The translations under genes and the position numbers were made by a program. A stretch of 64,000 nt of DNA. Source: a bacterium (GTDB taxonomy: Bacteria; Krumholzibacteriota; Krumholzibacteriia; LZORAL124-64-63). Numbering within the stretch: position 1 is the first letter of the stretch; each line of letters begins with the position of its first letter. The DNA lies in the NCBI GenBank assembly GCA_016703265.1, contig JADJCK010000001.1, forward strand, positions 389,141-453,140. Direction: 5' to 3'. The notes below the pieces were generated by a model, which saw nothing but the letters and a program-made list of their open reading frames with translations, was not told where the DNA came from and made no database searches. Shown here in pieces: positions 62,329 through 64,000 of the stretch.

Positions 62329-64000
62329 TCAGGTGGCGTCGCCGGGCAGGGGCGAACGCACCTGGTAAAGCACCAGCGCCTGGTCGGTGATGCGCCCGAG
62401 CACCTCGTAGTGCCGGCGCGCATCCTCCGTTCCCTGGCACATGTAGACGCCTGCGGGCACATACGGTCCGCCCGTGCGCGCGGCCTCGGCCAGGAGCGCC
62501 AGCGGGCGCGCCCCGGCCAGCGGCTGCTCGCCGAAGTCGCCCAGCGTGACCAGCCACCAGGCCTGCCACAGGGGCTGGTCGGGCAGCTCGGCCAGGGGCG
62601 CCCGGCCCCAGGCGGCGACCACGGCGGCCGCCCGCTCGCGTGCCTCGGGCTGCGCAAAGACGACCTGCCCCCACTCCGACAGCGCGGCCTCGGCGGCGAA
62701 GGTCGCCAGGTCGGGCAGCGGCCCGGGCGGCAGCGCGTCCTGCCACGCGCGGCAGCTCTCGTGCAGCGAGGGCTCGAAGTAGCGCGGCAGCAGCGGCGGC
62801 GCCGCCGTCACGCGTGTGGTGTCGCTGCCGTCGCCGCCTGCAGCGGCGGCGGCCAGCAGGCCGTGGCGCGCGGGCGCGAGTCCCGCGGCCGCCAGCGCAT
62901 CGGCCACGGCGGCCAGCAGTTCACGCGGTCCCGGCAGCAGCAGCCAGTCGAGCCGAGGTTCGCTCGCCGTGAGCCACCCGCGGTCCTGCAGCGAATCGGC
63001 GATGTACTCGAGGTCCGAAGGCAGCGCCGCGACCACACGCAGCATCGGTCCCAGTTCCTGCGATTCGCGCGCCGTCACGATGCGGGCCACGCACTGGTCC
63101 AGGTTCGCGGAATACTCGGCCAGGGCCAGGCCCTTCTCGCGTCGCCGCGTCGCTCCCGGGTCGCGGTCGAGCGGCGCGAGCATGCCCACTTCGGCCCAGG
63201 GCCGCTTGGCCAGGCGATGCTGCACCGTCAGCTCGACGATGTCGTCGGCGCGCGGCGTGGTGAGGAACAGGTGTTCCCACGGTTCCGCCGCGGCAGCCGG
63301 GTCCACCGTCATGATGAGCCGGCGGCCGCGACCGAGCTGCGCGATGCGGTAGCGGGTCTCGGGTTCGAAGCGCTGCACCTCGCACATGACCACGACCGCG
63401 CCGGCCGGATCGGCAGCCTCGGCGCCGCCGGGGCGGCCCAGGTCGAGCGTCGCGCCGCGTTCCGGCACCCGGATGTCGAGCGGCCCGGGCAGGCCGTGGC
63501 GCAGGCACTCGCGCGCGATGAACGCGGCCGTTGCGGGGTCGGGGCACCAGAAGGTCACCTCGCCGGGATCATCGGCGGCCTGCCGCGCCTGCGCCAGTCC
63601 GCGCACCAGCGCATCGTGACGACCGGTGCCGAGCGTGCCGCGCAGCACGAGGAAATGCTGTTCGTCGTCGAGGCCGGCCACGGCCGCCACGCGTTCGACG
63701 ACCGCGCCCGGCGAAGGCCCGCCGTCCGAGCCGCCGAGCAGGTTGCGCAGGCCGCGACGTCCTTCGGCGAGCAGGTCAAGCCGGCCCTTGCCGTCGGGGG
63801 TCGCGGCCGGCTGGTCGAGGTCGCCGAAGCGCCCCGCCACAAGGGCGCCCAGCAATTGCCAGCCGTCGTCGCCGGCACGCACCGTGGGACTGTCGGCCAG
63901 GCTGAGCAGGTCGACCAGGTGCATGGCGCCCGGGCAGGCCGGCCCAAGCCAGCGCCAGTAGCCCAGCGCGGCGCCCAGCGCCAGGAAACCCCGTTCCTCG
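62329..64000 (-). CDS. hypothetical protein with a degenerate P-loop-like segment; the 5' end probably lies beyond the window
   Basis: ORF-track protein of 531 aa with M at 63924, but the frame stays open to 64000. Segments GTLGTGRH and VVVMCEVQRFE...RLIMTVDPAA are vaguely helicase/AAA-like. Confidence 0.4.
   Translation of the reverse strand, partial: EERGFLALGAALGYWRWLGPACPGAMHLVDLLSLADSPTVRAGDDGWQLLGALVAGRFGDLDQPAATPDGKGRLDLLAEGRRGLRNLLGGSDGGPSPGAVVERVAAVAGLDDEQHFLVLRGTLGTGRHDALVRGLAQARQAADDPGEVTFWCPDPATAAFIARECLRHGLPGPLDIRVPERGATLDLGRPGGAEAADPAGAVVVMCEVQRFEPETRYRIAQLGRGRRLIMTVDPAAAAEPWEHLFLTTPRADDIVELTVQHRLAKRPWAEVGMLAPLDRDPGATRRREKGLALAEYSANLDQCVARIVTARESQELGPMLRVVAALPSDLEYIADSLQDRGWLTASEPRLDWLLLPGPRELLAAVADALAAAGLAPARHGLLAAAAAGGDGSDTTRVTAAPPLLPRYFEPSLHESCRAWQDALPPGPLPDLATFAAEAALSEWGQVVFAQPEARERAAAVVAAWGRAPLAELPDQPLWQAWWLVTLGDFGEQPLAGARPLALLAEAARTGGPYVPAGVYMCQGTEDARRHYEVLGRITDQALVLYQVRSPLPGDAT

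Noticed and set aside
60788-62746. N-terminal 186 codons of the lyase ORF, and similar Arg/Gly-rich N-terminal extensions on the DUF62, cutA, suhB-like, nuoB and nuoK ORFs
   Set aside because: The extensions are low-complexity and lack RBS support. Conserved family N-termini begin at internal start codons that coincide with ATGA or GTG overlaps with the upstream gene.

Overview
This 64 kb window is a high-GC (about 70%) bacterial chromosomal segment, almost entirely housekeeping. The largest block is a 13-gene NADH:quinone oxidoreductase (complex I) operon, nuoA-B-CD-E-F-G-H-I-J-K-L-M-N, on the minus strand (6670-20559), followed by an aldehyde dehydrogenase. A complete rRNA operon (16S, tRNA-Ile(GAT), tRNA-Ala(TGC), 23S, 5S) lies on the minus strand at 45214-50422. 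It has a near-consensus sigma70 promoter and tandem intrinsic terminators. Other recognisable loci: a PIN-PhoH (PhoH2) ATPase and a translationally coupled DUF62/CutA/inositol-monophosphatase triad. An Nfu-type Fe-S protein, a TPR protein and a class IV aminotransferase follow. Then come a secreted LVIVD-repeat beta-propeller protein with a T9SS-type C-terminal domain, a NYN-domain protein, and an RND efflux operon with a membrane fusion protein and two tandem permeases. These are followed by ftcD, a POT-family peptide transporter, a split BY-kinase/PCP exopolysaccharide pair, and sppA. Next are a fused ADP-forming acyl-CoA synthetase, PBP1A, a deoB-cdd-deoA nucleoside catabolism operon and rarA-pfkA. 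A tyrosine-phenol-lyase/tryptophanase-like lyase operon with two unknown proteins closes the window. No transposases, integrases, CRISPR arrays, cas genes or obvious phage genes are present. The most unusual stretch is a roughly 1.1 kb gene-poor, lower-GC island (37300-38460). It is bracketed by two 83-nt palindromic elements of identical architecture with conserved loop ends, and holds a signal-peptide ORF plus an apparently frameshifted remnant. Several short direct-repeat arrays in intergenic spacers are also reported. The taxonomic origin is uncertain: high GC together with LVIVD and T9SS-type domains suggests a Gemmatimonadota-like or related uncultivated lineage, which is an inference only.
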